Source of the DNA: Flavobacteriales bacterium
GTDB lineage: Bacteria > Bacteroidota > Bacteroidia > Flavobacteriales_D > CAJJDF01
Reading direction: 5' to 3'
DNA length: 64,000 nucleotides
Assembly (NCBI GenBank): GCA_965655625.1
Contig: CBFHHA010000004.1
Location: 17,710 to 81,709, forward strand
In this document: positions 50,960-61,532 of the stretch, piece after piece
Layout of the letters: each line of letters starts with the position of its first letter
Position numbering within the stretch: the first letter of the stretch is position 1
Made by a program: the position numbers and the translations under genes
The notes under the pieces: generated by a model
The model's database searches: none
What the model was told of the DNA's origin: nothing
The model's input: only the letters and a program-made list of their open reading frames with translations

Positions 50960-51076
50960 TTTCGGTAAGGGCTGCACCAGAAAGATGCAGAAGAGTGTTA
51001 TTTTTTGTTAGATAGTTCTCTACAATTTACAAAAAAATCAACCCCTTAAAAATTCGCTTTTACGTATTTGTTTATT

Positions 51077-52309
51077 TTAAGCTGTTTTTAGTTTACTTAA
51101 TTTTGATTTACTAAACTTATTTTTAGCGTAAGATTCTGTGATTTTTAATTTTTTGATTTCTGCATTAGAAGGGATTTCAAACATTGCATCGGTGAGTATT
51201 GCTTCACAAATTGACCTCAATCCTCTAGCTCCTAATTTGTAATCTACTGCCTTGTCTACAATAAAATCGAGTGCTTTTTTGTCGAAAGTTAATTGAACAT
51301 TATCCAATTCAAACAACTTGGTGTATTGTTTTAGCAAAGAGTTTTTAGGTTCAGTCAGAATTCTTTTCAACGCTTCTTTGTCCAATGGATTGAGGTGGGT
51401 AAGAATTGGAAACCTACCAATTAACTCGGGAATTAGTCCAAATGATTTCACATCTTGAGGACTCAAGAATTCTAATAAATTGTCCTCTTCAATGTCTTCA
51501 GAACTGGAGCCAAAACCAAGAGGTTGAGTCTTTATTCTTCTTTCGATCAATCGCTCAATCCCATCAAAAGCTCCACCAGATATAAATAAGATATTTCGGG
51601 TGTCAATTTCTACCATTTTTTGGTCAGGATGCTTTCTTCCTCCTTGTGGCGGAACACGCACATCAGTTCCTTCAAGGAGCTTGAGCAAGGCTTGCTGGGT
51701 TCCTTCAGAAGTTACATCCCGGGTGATGGATGGGCTGTCGCCTTTTCTTCCTATTTTATCAATTTCATCCAAAAACACGATTCCTTTTTGTGCCGCTTCC
51801 ACATCGTAATCTGCAGCTTGCAATAATCTGGTCAACAAACTTTCTACGTCTTCTCCTACATACCCGGCTTGCGTAAATACAGTTGCATCCGCAATAGTAA
51901 AAGGAACATTTAGCATTTTAGCAATAGTCTTTGCGAGCAAAGTTTTCCCAGTACCAGTTCTTCCAACCAACAAAATATTCGATTTTTCTAATTCAACTTC
52001 CTCCGCATCACTTCCCGGGTTCAACAATCTTTTGTAATGATTATAAACAGCTACCGAAAGAATCTTTTTTGCATCTTCTTGCCCTATAACATACTCATCC
52101 AGTCGATTTTTTATTTCTTGTGGTTTTAAGAACTTAATGTCTTCTTGTAGGTCTAAATTTTGAGAATGAGTTTCTTCTTGAACCACGAGCTCATTTGCCT
52201 GCGTAATACAGTTTTCACAAATGTGACCATCCAATCCTGCAATTAGCATGGTTACTTCTTCTCTTTTTCTTCCACAAAATGAACAAGTTGAGTTCTCTTT
52301 TTTTGACAT
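51077..52309 (-). CDS. clpX: ATP-dependent Clp protease ATP-binding subunit
   Basis: CSFC zinc domain, GRTGTGKT, DEIDK, PPQGGRKHP, LGF loop, GARGLRS. Confidence 0.97.
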   Translation of the reverse strand: MSKKENSTCSFCGRKREEVTMLIAGLDGHICENCITQANELVVQEETHSQNLDLQEDIKFLKPQEIKNRLDEYVIGQEDAKKILSVAVYNHYKRLLNPGSDAEEVELEKSNILLVGRTGTGKTLLAKTIAKMLNVPFTIADATVFTQAGYVGEDVESLLTRLLQAADYDVEAAQKGIVFLDEIDKIGRKGDSPSITRDVTSEGTQQALLKLLEGTDVRVPPQGGRKHPDQKMVEIDTRNILFISGGAFDGIERLIERRIKTQPLGFGSSSEDIEEDNLLEFLSPQDVKSFGLIPELIGRFPILTHLNPLDKEALKRILTEPKNSLLKQYTKLFELDNVQLTFDKKALDFIVDKAVDYKLGARGLRSICEAILTDAMFEIPSNAEIKKLKITESYAKNKFSKSKLSKLKTA

Positions 52310-52603
52310 TAATCTTGATTTTATCACAAAGATAAGGAAGATATTAGAGTTTATTCTTCAAATAGTAATACGGATTTCTTTTATTCAACCTTTTTAAATC
52401 CCATGGCCTCATTTTGTTTAACATTAATTTATTTTATTTTTTGAAGATAAAGGCAAATTCTTGTTTTTAAGTAGTAAGGCTATACTTTATTTAGTTAATG
52501 TTTATGTGTTGATATACAATAATTAATAACCTTAACTTTTTTAATAATCAATTTTTGATAATTTAATTCAAAATAGATAGCCAAAACTTTTTTTATTTTA
52601 ACG

Positions 52604-52629
52604 GCAACCCTTTTGTTTTCATTCACGTC
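52604..52629 (+). promoter_or_regulatory. ECF-sigma-like promoter
   Basis: GCAAC-N17-CGTC. Confidence 0.4.
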
Positions 52630-52679
52630 TTTAGTTTAGAATAGTGAAATACTATCTCTTTTTTCTTTTTTACGTCAAG

Positions 52680-52720
52680 AACAGAACTCATTTTCAGACA
52701 ATGAGTTCTGTTTTTGTTTT
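52680..52720 (+). terminator. Intrinsic terminator upstream of ribD (possible sRNA 3' end)
   Basis: AACAGAACTCATT-ttcagac-AATGAGTTCTGTT followed by a T-tract. Confidence 0.7.
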
Positions 52721-52751
52721 AAGGCAGTTTTATTTTGGTTATTTTTGACCA

Positions 52752-53804
52752 ATGAGTCTTTCCGAATATTATATGAAACGTTGCCTAGAGTTGGCAAAAA
52801 AAGGCATACCAAGTACAAGGCCCAATCCTTCGGTGGGAGCTGTATTGGTGCACGATGGTGTAATCATAGGTGAAGGATATACAAGTCCTTTTGGAGGACA
52901 TCACGGTGAGGTAAATTGTATCAATTCCGTGAAACAGATAGAACTTATTCAGTACTCAACTTTATATGTTAGTTTAGAGCCTTGTTCTCACACCGGAAAA
53001 ACTCCACCTTGCGCAGATTTAATTGTGAAGAGTCAAATTCCAAAAGTGGTAATTGGATGTTTGGATACGTTTTCTGAAGTGTCGGGAAAAGGAATAGAAA
53101 GATTGAGACAGAATGGGGTAGAGGTAGAGGTAAACATACTTGAAAAAGAGTGCAGAGAATTAAATAAAAGATTTTTTACTTTTCACGAAAAACAAAGACC
53201 TTTTATTACCTTGAAATGGGCAGAAACAGCAGATAATTTTATAGCTCCAACTACTGAGTTACACGAAACAGAAAGATGGATAACGGGAGAGAAAGCCAAT
53301 CAATTTTCTCACTCTTTGAGATCCACTGAAATGGCAATATTAATCGGAAAAAACACAGTTTTTGCAGACAATCCCAGCCTAACTACCCGTAATTTTTCGG
53401 GTGGTAATCCTGTAAGAATTGTGATTGACAAACGATTAGAATCCTGGAAATCTCCGAGAGATTTTTTTATTTATCAGGAAGAGGCTCCCACTTGGATTGT
53501 GAATGAGGAAAGAAATTTTAGGGAGAATACTGTGGAAGGTATTCAAATTTCCTTTGAAGGCGACATTCTCGCTCAGCTTATGACAATATTGTACGAAAGA
53601 AACATCCAATCTTTGTTGGTTGAAGGTGGTCAAATCACTTTACAACAATTTATCGATACTGGAATGTGGGACGAAGCTTTCGTTATTTCTTCTACCAAAA
53701 CTTTCCAAAACGGAGTGAAGGCTCCTCGTTTTTCTGCAATGTCGCACACCGTTTTTAATACGGGTCATGATCGAGTTACTCATTACAAAAACACGGATTT
53801 TTGA
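52752..53804 (+). CDS. ribD: Riboflavin biosynthesis bifunctional deaminase/reductase
   Basis: PNPSVG, HGE, LEPCSH.GKTPPC, DNPSLT, VEGG. Confidence 0.95.
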   Translation: MSLSEYYMKRCLELAKKGIPSTRPNPSVGAVLVHDGVIIGEGYTSPFGGHHGEVNCINSVKQIELIQYSTLYVSLEPCSHTGKTPPCADLIVKSQIPKVVIGCLDTFSEVSGKGIERLRQNGVEVEVNILEKECRELNKRFFTFHEKQRPFITLKWAETADNFIAPTTELHETERWITGEKANQFSHSLRSTEMAILIGKNTVFADNPSLTTRNFSGGNPVRIVIDKRLESWKSPRDFFIYQEEAPTWIVNEERNFRENTVEGIQISFEGDILAQLMTILYERNIQSLLVEGGQITLQQFIDTGMWDEAFVISSTKTFQNGVKAPRFSAMSHTVFNTGHDRVTHYKNTDF

Positions 53805-54652
53805 TTCTTACAGTACTTCTATCAATCGCCTTTCCTGTGGTTTCTGTTTTGTTGTTCAAGGAGTTCGACAAAAGAGAAGTGGATACACTGCCCGCCATTG
53901 TTTTCAATTATTTAGGAGCCATCTTACTTGGGTCGGTTTTGTTCATTTCGCCCGTACAATTGATTCAAATTCATGCTCAAGATTGGTTTTGGTCTGCTAC
54001 CGTTGTGGGTGCTTTGTTTTTATTCAATTTTTTTTTAATTGCCAAAACAGCCGTAAATCAAGGTGTGTCGGTGGCAACTTTTGCCAATAAAATTAGCCTG
54101 GTTTTCCCTGTAATCTTCACCGTTTTGTATTTTGGTGAATCGGCCGGGATTCTCAAAATAATAGGAATTGCGTTGGCATTGTGTTCTGTTTATTTACTTA
54201 CTTTTAAGTCATCTTCCTTGCCAAAATCTCCCTTTGGGCTATTTCCACTTTTCATATTTGTATTCACGGGAATAGCAGAGTTGTTAATTAATTTTACTCA
54301 AAAAATATATTTCACATCGGATTCTGAAATCAGTTATTTTGTAATCGCTTGTTTTTCAATCTCCTTTGTTTTAGGGATAGGTATTCTCTTATTCCAAAAC
54401 AAAAGAATTAGGCGGAAAGAAGTAGCAGCTGGTTTTTTACTTTCTTTGCCCAATACATTTGGGTTGTATTTTTTTATCAAAGCACTCAATAGCTTTCAAG
54501 ACTCTAGTTCAATCTTGCCAATTACGAACATTGGAACCTTGCTGTTAGCAATTTTTGTGGGATTTATTCTGTACCAAGAAAAACCCACAAACCGCAATTG
54601 GCTTGGTGTTTTAGCAGCGTTTGCATCGATTCTAATTCTTACTCTATGTTGA
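53801..54652 (+). CDS. EamA/DMT-family membrane transporter
   Basis: ~10 TM segments, AIVFNY, two-fold repeat, YQEK..RNWLG. Confidence 0.75.
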   Translation: MILTVLLSIAFPVVSVLLFKEFDKREVDTLPAIVFNYLGAILLGSVLFISPVQLIQIHAQDWFWSATVVGALFLFNFFLIAKTAVNQGVSVATFANKISLVFPVIFTVLYFGESAGILKIIGIALALCSVYLLTFKSSSLPKSPFGLFPLFIFVFTGIAELLINFTQKIYFTSDSEISYFVIACFSISFVLGIGILLFQNKRIRRKEVAAGFLLSLPNTFGLYFFIKALNSFQDSSSILPITNIGTLLLAIFVGFILYQEKPTNRNWLGVLAAFASILILTLC

Positions 54653-55266
54653 AAGAAATCTACACATACCGAACCATCAAATCACCTTCTGAAAGCTTGT
54701 ACAAAGAAAAAGGAAGTAAGTTTTTTGGTTATGCTTTTGGAGTAGCCAATGAGGAAGAAGTAAAAGATAGATTGGCTCGAATAAGAGAAAAACACAACGA
54801 TGCGCGTCATCATTGCTATGCTTACCGCTTGGGTATAGGAAACGAAGAACGCTATCGGGCCAATGATGACGGAGAACCAACAAATTCGGCAGGAAAACCT
54901 ATTTACGGCCAATTGTTGTCAGCGGAAATCACCAATATTTTAGTGATTGTAGTTCGTTATTTTGGTGGAGTAAAATTAGGAGTAGGCGGATTAATTTCGG
55001 CTTATAAAATTACGACTAAAGAAACATTGGAAGCAACTAATATTATCGAAAAAGAAGAACAGAATTATTATCAAATTTTATTTGAATATCCTCAAATGAG
55101 CGAAGTCATGAATTTTGTAAAGTTGAACCGATTGGAGGTGATCGAACAAGTATTTGAAGTGGCTTGTTTTATTCAATTTAAGCACAATATTATGTCTTCT
55201 CATGGAATATTGTCTCAGCTCAAAGAAATTGAGAATGTAACCGTAGATTTTTTAAAAAAGGAATAG
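54646..55266 (+). CDS. YigZ/IMPACT family protein
   Basis: KGSKF, ARHHCYAY, DDGEP, VVRYFGGVKLGVGGL. Confidence 0.92.
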   Translation: MLKEIYTYRTIKSPSESLYKEKGSKFFGYAFGVANEEEVKDRLARIREKHNDARHHCYAYRLGIGNEERYRANDDGEPTNSAGKPIYGQLLSAEITNILVIVVRYFGGVKLGVGGLISAYKITTKETLEATNIIEKEEQNYYQILFEYPQMSEVMNFVKLNRLEVIEQVFEVACFIQFKHNIMSSHGILSQLKEIENVTVDFLKKE

Positions 55267-55340
55267 TTTTATTGCCTTGACAAATTCTTAAAAATTCCCG
55301 TTAATTGATGTACTTTTGTACAAATATCAAACAGAACAAA

Positions 55341-56459
55341 GTGAAAACATTTACAGACATAGGAGTAAGCAAAAAATTGGTGAAAGGGCTGAACGAAATG
55401 AATATCCTTCATCCTACCGAGATTCAAGAATTAGTCATTCCTATGTTGTTAAATTTTGATACAGATTTGGTGGGGCAAGCACAAACCGGTACAGGGAAAA
55501 CGGCTGCCTTTGGACTTCCATTATTAGAGAAAATAGATTCCAAGATAGACCACATTCAAGGATTGATTTTGTGTCCAACACGAGAACTGGGACAACAAAT
55601 AGCGAAGCAACTATTCAAGTTTACTAAATACTCCGATAAGGTTTTTACTGAAGCCGTTTTTGGAGGTCAGTACATTGATATTCAGATAGAAAAATTAAAA
55701 AGACCTACCCAAATAGTGGTGGCAACTCCTGGAAGATTAATTGATTTGGTGAAAAGAAAAGCATTGGATTTGAGTCAGGTTCACACAGTGGTGATGGATG
55801 AGGCAGACGAAATGTTGAGTATGGGATTCAAAAAGGAATTGGACGAAATTCTTGGGTTTATGACTTCGGTGAAGGCAAAATGGTTATTCTCAGCTACTAT
55901 GCCAGAGGGAATTAAACAAATTGTCAATCAACACATGGCGCCAGACGCAAAAAGAATTGAAACAAGCGGTGATGTGGTAAACAAAAAAATTGAACATCAA
56001 TACTTAGTATGTGACGATGCCGATAAATTCAATATTTTAATTCAGTTTTTGAAATCGGAACAAAAGAACAGAGGACTTATTTTTTGTAAGACGAAAAAGG
56101 CAACACAATTACTGGCTCAGCAACTCGAATCAAAGAATGTTTCTTCGGGAGCTATTCACGGTGATTTATTACAGAAAGAAAGAGACAAAGTCATGCGTGC
56201 TTTCAAGAACGAATCTACGCGTATGTTGGTAGCTACAGATTTGGCTGCCAGAGGAATAGATGTGCAAGACTTGTCATTTGTGGTACATTACGAAATGCCA
56301 GATAAAGAGGAGTATTACACTCACAGAAGTGGAAGAACGGCAAGAGGAGGAAAAGAAGGAGTTTCGATTTGCTTGGTAAATTCCAAAGAATTAAAATCGG
56401 TAAGATACTTTGAAAAAGCATTGGGCATTTCATTCAAACAAATAAGACCTCGAGGTTAA
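55341..56459 (+). CDS. DEAD-box RNA helicase
   Basis: PTEIQ, AQTGTGKT, PTREL, TPGRL, DEAD, SAT, ARGID, HRSGRTAR. Confidence 0.95.
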   Translation: MKTFTDIGVSKKLVKGLNEMNILHPTEIQELVIPMLLNFDTDLVGQAQTGTGKTAAFGLPLLEKIDSKIDHIQGLILCPTRELGQQIAKQLFKFTKYSDKVFTEAVFGGQYIDIQIEKLKRPTQIVVATPGRLIDLVKRKALDLSQVHTVVMDEADEMLSMGFKKELDEILGFMTSVKAKWLFSATMPEGIKQIVNQHMAPDAKRIETSGDVVNKKIEHQYLVCDDADKFNILIQFLKSEQKNRGLIFCKTKKATQLLAQQLESKNVSSGAIHGDLLQKERDKVMRAFKNESTRMLVATDLAARGIDVQDLSFVVHYEMPDKEEYYTHRSGRTARGGKEGVSICLVNSKELKSVRYFEKALGISFKQIRPRG

Positions 56460-56518
56460 ATATTCTTAAAACTTGAGGCAATAACTCAGAAATAACTCTC
56501 AATGAATATCTTTGTGAC

Positions 56519-57562
56519 ATGAAACGAGTAGGAATAATCATACTAAATTGGAATGGAAAAGAGCACTTAGCTACTTTTTTACCCTCAGTTCTGCGCCACT
56601 CGGGAAAGAATGATGTAGTGGTAATAGACAATAATTCTTCGGATGATTCGGTTGAGTTTTTATCTAAAGAATATCCGCAAATTAGACTAGTTCATAATAC
56701 CGAAAACGGTGGATTTGCGAAAGGTTACAACCAAGGTCTCAAACAAATAGAAGGAGAATACACGCAGTATGTGTTATTGAATTCGGATGTAGAAGTTACT
56801 GAAAACTGGATTGAACCTATTGTTTCTAAAATGGAATCTGACGAGAAATTGGTAGCTTGCCAACCAAAAGTTTTGGCCTACAAATCCAAAAATAAGTTTG
56901 AACACGCAGGTGCATCTGGAGGTTATTTAGACAAGAACGGATATCCTTTTTGCCGAGGAAGAATATTCAATGAAATAGAAGAAGACGAAGGACAATACAA
57001 TCAAGAAACCGAAATTTTTTGGGCAACTGGAGCTTGTATGTTTGTAAAAAGCAAAGTATTTCACTCTTTGGGAGGATTCGATGACACCTATTTTGCTCAC
57101 ATGGAAGAGATTGATTTATGCTGGAGAATGAAACTTCATGGGTATAGAATTATGGCGATTCCATCTTCTTTGGTATATCACTTGGGTGGCGGTACGCTCA
57201 ATTACATGAGTCCAAGAAAAGTATATTTAAACTTCCGAAACAGCTTATTTACTCTTTACAAAAACTACCGAGGAAGCTTTTTATTGGCTAAGATTGCTTG
57301 GCGTTTTTTGTTGGATTATATTGCCTTTGTTGCGTTCATTGCAAATGGCGAGTTCAGAGCGTCAGTTCAAATATTGAAAGCGCAAGTTCACTTTTTAGGA
57401 AGACTAGGAGAAATGAAACAAAAGAGAAAAGCGCTTAAGTTAGCGACAAAAGAAGTGGAGTTCAATGCCAGTGGTTTATATAAAAAAAGTATCGTGTTTA
57501 GTAATTTTATTAAAAGGAAAAAACATTTTTCAAACTTAGAATTAAGGAATTTTTATCGATAA
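56519..57562 (+). CDS. Family 2 glycosyltransferase
   Basis: ILNWNG, DNNSSD, GFAKGYN, LNSD, WATGAC, EEIDLCWR. Confidence 0.92.
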   Translation: MKRVGIIILNWNGKEHLATFLPSVLRHSGKNDVVVIDNNSSDDSVEFLSKEYPQIRLVHNTENGGFAKGYNQGLKQIEGEYTQYVLLNSDVEVTENWIEPIVSKMESDEKLVACQPKVLAYKSKNKFEHAGASGGYLDKNGYPFCRGRIFNEIEEDEGQYNQETEIFWATGACMFVKSKVFHSLGGFDDTYFAHMEEIDLCWRMKLHGYRIMAIPSSLVYHLGGGTLNYMSPRKVYLNFRNSLFTLYKNYRGSFLLAKIAWRFLLDYIAFVAFIANGEFRASVQILKAQVHFLGRLGEMKQKRKALKLATKEVEFNASGLYKKSIVFSNFIKRKKHFSNLELRNFYR

Positions 57563-57595
57563 GTACTATTTACAATTTTAACACGTTATTCGACT

Positions 57596-58669
57596 ATGTG
57601 TACCAAATTTTTATTTTTTCTTTGCTTTTTTTTCTTTTTTATTGGAAGCAATGTCTTTACACAAACCAATGCACCTAAGTACAGCAATGAATTTTTAACG
57701 ATTGGCGTTGGAGCTAGAAATTTTGGAATGGCAAATTCGGTTATTGCAGGAATTAAGGATGTAACTGCAGGATATTACAACCCAGCATCACTTCTCAATA
57801 CTAAGAAAGACATGGAGTTTGGGATTATGCACTCAGAGTATTTCAAAGGAATTGCTAAGTATGACTATCTTGGTTTTAGCAAAAGGTTGGATGAAAATTC
57901 AGTAGCTGGCATATCTTTGATTCGATTTGGAACGGATGACATTCCGAACACAACACAATTAATAGACAAAGAGGGAAATGTAAATTATGACGAGATTACT
58001 CGTTTTTCTGCTGCAGATTATGCCTTACTTCTTTCTTATGCTCGAAAACTAAAAAGTGGTTTAGAGGCCGGAGGAAACTTTAAAGTGATTCACCGAAGAA
58101 TTGGTGATTTTGCAAATTCTTGGGGATTTGGATTGGACTTGGCATTAAATTACAAAACCGAGAAATGGAAATTTGCGGGAGTAATTAGAGACGTAACAAC
58201 AACTGTAAATGCTTGGAGTTACTCGATTGACGAGGCAACAATCGAAATATTTGAAAGTACAGGAAACGAAATACCCGAAAACTCCACTGAGATTACCTTG
58301 CCAAGACTGATTCTGGGAGCTTCCAGAGAATTCAAAATGAATGAAAAGTTTCAGTTAAATACTGAAATGAATTTGAATACCACTGTTGATGGAAAAAGGA
58401 ATTCGATTATTCGCACTAAAGGGTTCAACATGGAACCAAGTTTGGGAGCTGAATTGGGGTTCAAAAAAATCTTGTTTGTGCGAGCTGGTTTTGGAAATGT
58501 ACAATGGATAAGACAGTTTGATGGCTCCGAAACAATATCCGTGATGCCAAATCTAGGGGTAGGAGTGGCATTCAACAAATTTAATATTGATTATGCAATC
58601 TCTAACGTGGGAAATGGATCGCTAGCGCTTTATTCTCATGTGTTTTCACTCAATTTCGGTATCCATTAG
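57596..58669 (+). CDS. PorV/PorQ-like T9SS-associated outer-membrane protein
   Basis: KYSNEFLTIGVGAR, YYNPASL, beta-barrel-like C-terminus SHVFSL. Confidence 0.72.
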   Translation: MCTKFLFFLCFFFFFIGSNVFTQTNAPKYSNEFLTIGVGARNFGMANSVIAGIKDVTAGYYNPASLLNTKKDMEFGIMHSEYFKGIAKYDYLGFSKRLDENSVAGISLIRFGTDDIPNTTQLIDKEGNVNYDEITRFSAADYALLLSYARKLKSGLEAGGNFKVIHRRIGDFANSWGFGLDLALNYKTEKWKFAGVIRDVTTTVNAWSYSIDEATIEIFESTGNEIPENSTEITLPRLILGASREFKMNEKFQLNTEMNLNTTVDGKRNSIIRTKGFNMEPSLGAELGFKKILFVRAGFGNVQWIRQFDGSETISVMPNLGVGVAFNKFNIDYAISNVGNGSLALYSHVFSLNFGIH

Positions 58670-59096
58670 ATGCCTTCCGCAAATTTCTTAAAATCTTCTA
58701 GGTATTTGATGGATTGCTTTTTGAACGCTTTCGGAAAAAAGAATCCGATTAATCGCATCGTTCCTTTGAATTTAAACTCTTGTACCGTGCGGTAAATCGT
58801 TTGGTTTCCTTTCTCTATAAATTCAGTAAAAATAATATTGTAAACTCCATTGGCATCGTAGGTTGTGACCATTTTATCGGGTAGTTCGTTTATCACGATA
58901 GTCTCGATCATCTCCATGGTTCGTTTCTTCGTCTCGAACACTATGTTAGTTTTAGCGCCTTTTTTCCCCTCTTCGCCACTTAGTAGTTCCACTGACTTCA
59001 GTCCTTCCATCCATTTATAAAATGAGGAATGTTATCATATAGGGTAACTACTTCTTTTTTTGGTTTGTTAATGGTTGTTTCAATTGTATATTTTAT
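58666..59096 (-). pseudogene. SRPBCC-family gene with ATA start and apparent frameshift near 59020
   Basis: Upstream frame IKYTIETTINKPKKEVVTLYDNIPHF is out of frame with the downstream KWMEGLKS... ORF (58666-59010). Confidence 0.6.
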
Positions 59097-59229
59097 GTTT
59101 GTTGTAATTAAAGGTAAGTAGGCCTATTCCATTTATGAACAATAATAACCATTTAACTAAAATAGGAGGAGATAAAATGATTTTTTCTTACTTTAGTGAT
59201 TCGAAAAAATCAATAAAACAAATAGAAAA

Positions 59230-61476
59230 ATGAAAAAGATACTCTCGTTATTTTTAGTCGTTTCCTTTATGTTTACGAACGTAAATGTGAAAGCAAACGA
59301 AGGAATGTGGTTGCCAATGTTTATCAAGAGATTGAACATAAAAAACATGCAAAGTCAAGGACTTAAGCTTTCTGCTGAAGAGATCTATAGTGTGAATAAT
59401 TCTAGCTTGAAAGATGCGATTATTTCACTTGGAGGATTTTGTACAGGAGAAATCATTTCTGATCAAGGGTTGATGTTAACAAATCACCACTGTGGATATG
59501 ATGCCATACAGCAGTTTTCTACTGTTGCAAACAACTACTTGCGAGATGGGTTTTGGGCGATGAAAAAATCGGAAGAGAAAAACGTTCCGGGACTTACTGC
59601 AACCTTCTTGGTAAGAATGGAAGATGTAACTGAACAAATTTTAGAAAGAATTTCTGGTATTGAATCGAATCAAGACAAAGCCAAAAAAATAAAGGAGATT
59701 CAAGCTGAATTGATTAAACAAGCAACGAAAGGAACGAATTATACAGCTTACATTAAAGATTTCTTTTACGGAAGTGAGTATTACATGTTTATCAATGAAA
59801 CTTACACAGATGTGAGATTGGTAGGAGCTCCACCAGAGTCTGTTGGGAAATATGGAGGCGATACCGACAACTGGATGTGGCCAAGACATACCGGAGATTT
59901 TACGTTGTTTAGAGTGTATGCCGGAAAAGATGGAAAACCAGCAGATTACTCTGCAGATAACATTCCAATGAAACCGAAACACCACTTACCAGTGAATATA
60001 AAAGGAGTAAAAGAAGGTGATTTTGCCATGATTATGGGGTATCCAGGAAGCACAGATAGATACTTGTCTTCTTTTGGTGTGCAACAAGCAATTGATAAAA
60101 AAGGACCTACCGTGGTTGAAGTGAGAGATGTGAAATTGGCAACCATGAAAGCTCAAATGGATAAAAAAGAAAGCGTAGATATTATGTATTCTTCTAAATA
60201 TGCACAAACTGCCAACTACTGGAAATATTTTCAAGGGCAAACGGAACAACTTCAAACAAATGGAGTGGTAAAAAGAAAGTCAAAATTGGAAAGAGAATTT
60301 GAAAACTGGTTTGGACAGTCGCCTGAACTTTCGGAGAAATATGGAGATGCACTGAGAATGATAAGAGAGTATTACGAATTGACAGACCAATACATCGTAG
60401 GAAATACTTACGTAATGGAGGCAGGATTGAGAGGTCCAGATTTCGTATTGTACACTTACAGAACCGATAGAATTATTAAAACAATAGCTCAAACAAGAAC
60501 TAAATTTGGCTCTAAAATAGAAGCTGCAACAGGTGAGGAAAAAGAGGCAATGATTGCAGAAAGAGACAAAACCATTTCTGGACTGATTGGTGCCTTGGAA
60601 AAAATGACAGAAGAACATTTCAAAAACTATGACGAAAAAACAGAAAAGAACTTAGTGGCAAACTTGTTCGATTTGTATTACAACAAAGTAAACAAAGAAC
60701 AACACCCTGCATTTTTTGCTGATGTAAAAAAGGCAAATTTCGACAGATTTGCTAAGAAATTGTTTTGTAAATCTCCTTTCATGAAAGAAAAGAAAATGAA
60801 CAAAGTGATTGCAAAATTGAAAGCAGGAAAGGCGATTGATATGGAAGATGACAAAGCGATAAAGGCTGCGACAGATTTTATTTCAATGTATTTTGGATCT
60901 TCAGCTAAATTTACTGAGGCTGAAGAAAATATGGAAGAGGGATACAGATTATTCGTTGAAGGAATTAGATTGATGCAACCAGAAAAAAGCTTTTATCCGA
61001 ATGCGAATTCTACACAAAGATTGACATATGGAAGTGTGATGTCTTACGAAGTAAGCGACAAGGTGAGAAACATTGTGAGAAGTGAAGACGGATTGGATAC
61101 ATATTTCACCACCATGGAAGGATTGATTGAAAAAGAAATTCCTGGAGATCAAGAGTTCAGCCTGCCTGCAAGGTTAAAAGAATTGTATGCGAAAAAAGAC
61201 TATGGACAATATGCCGATGCTGATGGAAAATTGAGAGTAAACTTCTTGACAAACAACGACATTACTGGAGGTAATTCTGGAAGTCCTGTAATTGATGGAA
61301 ACGGATACTTGATTGGTACTGCTTTTGACGGAAACTGGGAAGCAATGAGTGGGGATATTTCATTCGAAAACAGAGTTCAAAGAACTATTTCTGTTGACAT
61401 CAGGTACACCTTGTTCATCATCGATAAATACGCAGGTGCTGGTCACTTGGTAAAAGAAATGACAGTGATAAAATAA
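59230..61476 (+). CDS. S46 family dipeptidyl peptidase (DPP7-like)
   Basis: EGMWLP, TNHHC, DNWMWPRHTGDF, DITGGNSGSP, FDGNWEAMSGD. Confidence 0.93.
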   Translation: MKKILSLFLVVSFMFTNVNVKANEGMWLPMFIKRLNIKNMQSQGLKLSAEEIYSVNNSSLKDAIISLGGFCTGEIISDQGLMLTNHHCGYDAIQQFSTVANNYLRDGFWAMKKSEEKNVPGLTATFLVRMEDVTEQILERISGIESNQDKAKKIKEIQAELIKQATKGTNYTAYIKDFFYGSEYYMFINETYTDVRLVGAPPESVGKYGGDTDNWMWPRHTGDFTLFRVYAGKDGKPADYSADNIPMKPKHHLPVNIKGVKEGDFAMIMGYPGSTDRYLSSFGVQQAIDKKGPTVVEVRDVKLATMKAQMDKKESVDIMYSSKYAQTANYWKYFQGQTEQLQTNGVVKRKSKLEREFENWFGQSPELSEKYGDALRMIREYYELTDQYIVGNTYVMEAGLRGPDFVLYTYRTDRIIKTIAQTRTKFGSKIEAATGEEKEAMIAERDKTISGLIGALEKMTEEHFKNYDEKTEKNLVANLFDLYYNKVNKEQHPAFFADVKKANFDRFAKKLFCKSPFMKEKKMNKVIAKLKAGKAIDMEDDKAIKAATDFISMYFGSSAKFTEAEENMEEGYRLFVEGIRLMQPEKSFYPNANSTQRLTYGSVMSYEVSDKVRNIVRSEDGLDTYFTTMEGLIEKEIPGDQEFSLPARLKELYAKKDYGQYADADGKLRVNFLTNNDITGGNSGSPVIDGNGYLIGTAFDGNWEAMSGDISFENRVQRTISVDIRYTLFIIDKYAGAGHLVKEMTVIK

Positions 61477-61492
61477 TAAATTCATTGATAGT

Positions 61493-61527
61493 AAAAAAAG
61501 CTACTTGGAAACAAGTAGCTTTTTTTT
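61493..61527. terminator. Bidirectional intrinsic terminator
   Basis: AAAAAAAGCTACTTG-gaaa-CAAGTAGCTTTTTTT. Confidence 0.85.
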
Positions 61528-61532
61528 GTGGG

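Noticed and set aside
52330..52751. Possible FMN riboswitch upstream of ribD
   Set aside because: None of the conserved RFN motifs (e.g. AGGGCGGGGTGAAATTCCC) are present; only a terminator hairpin
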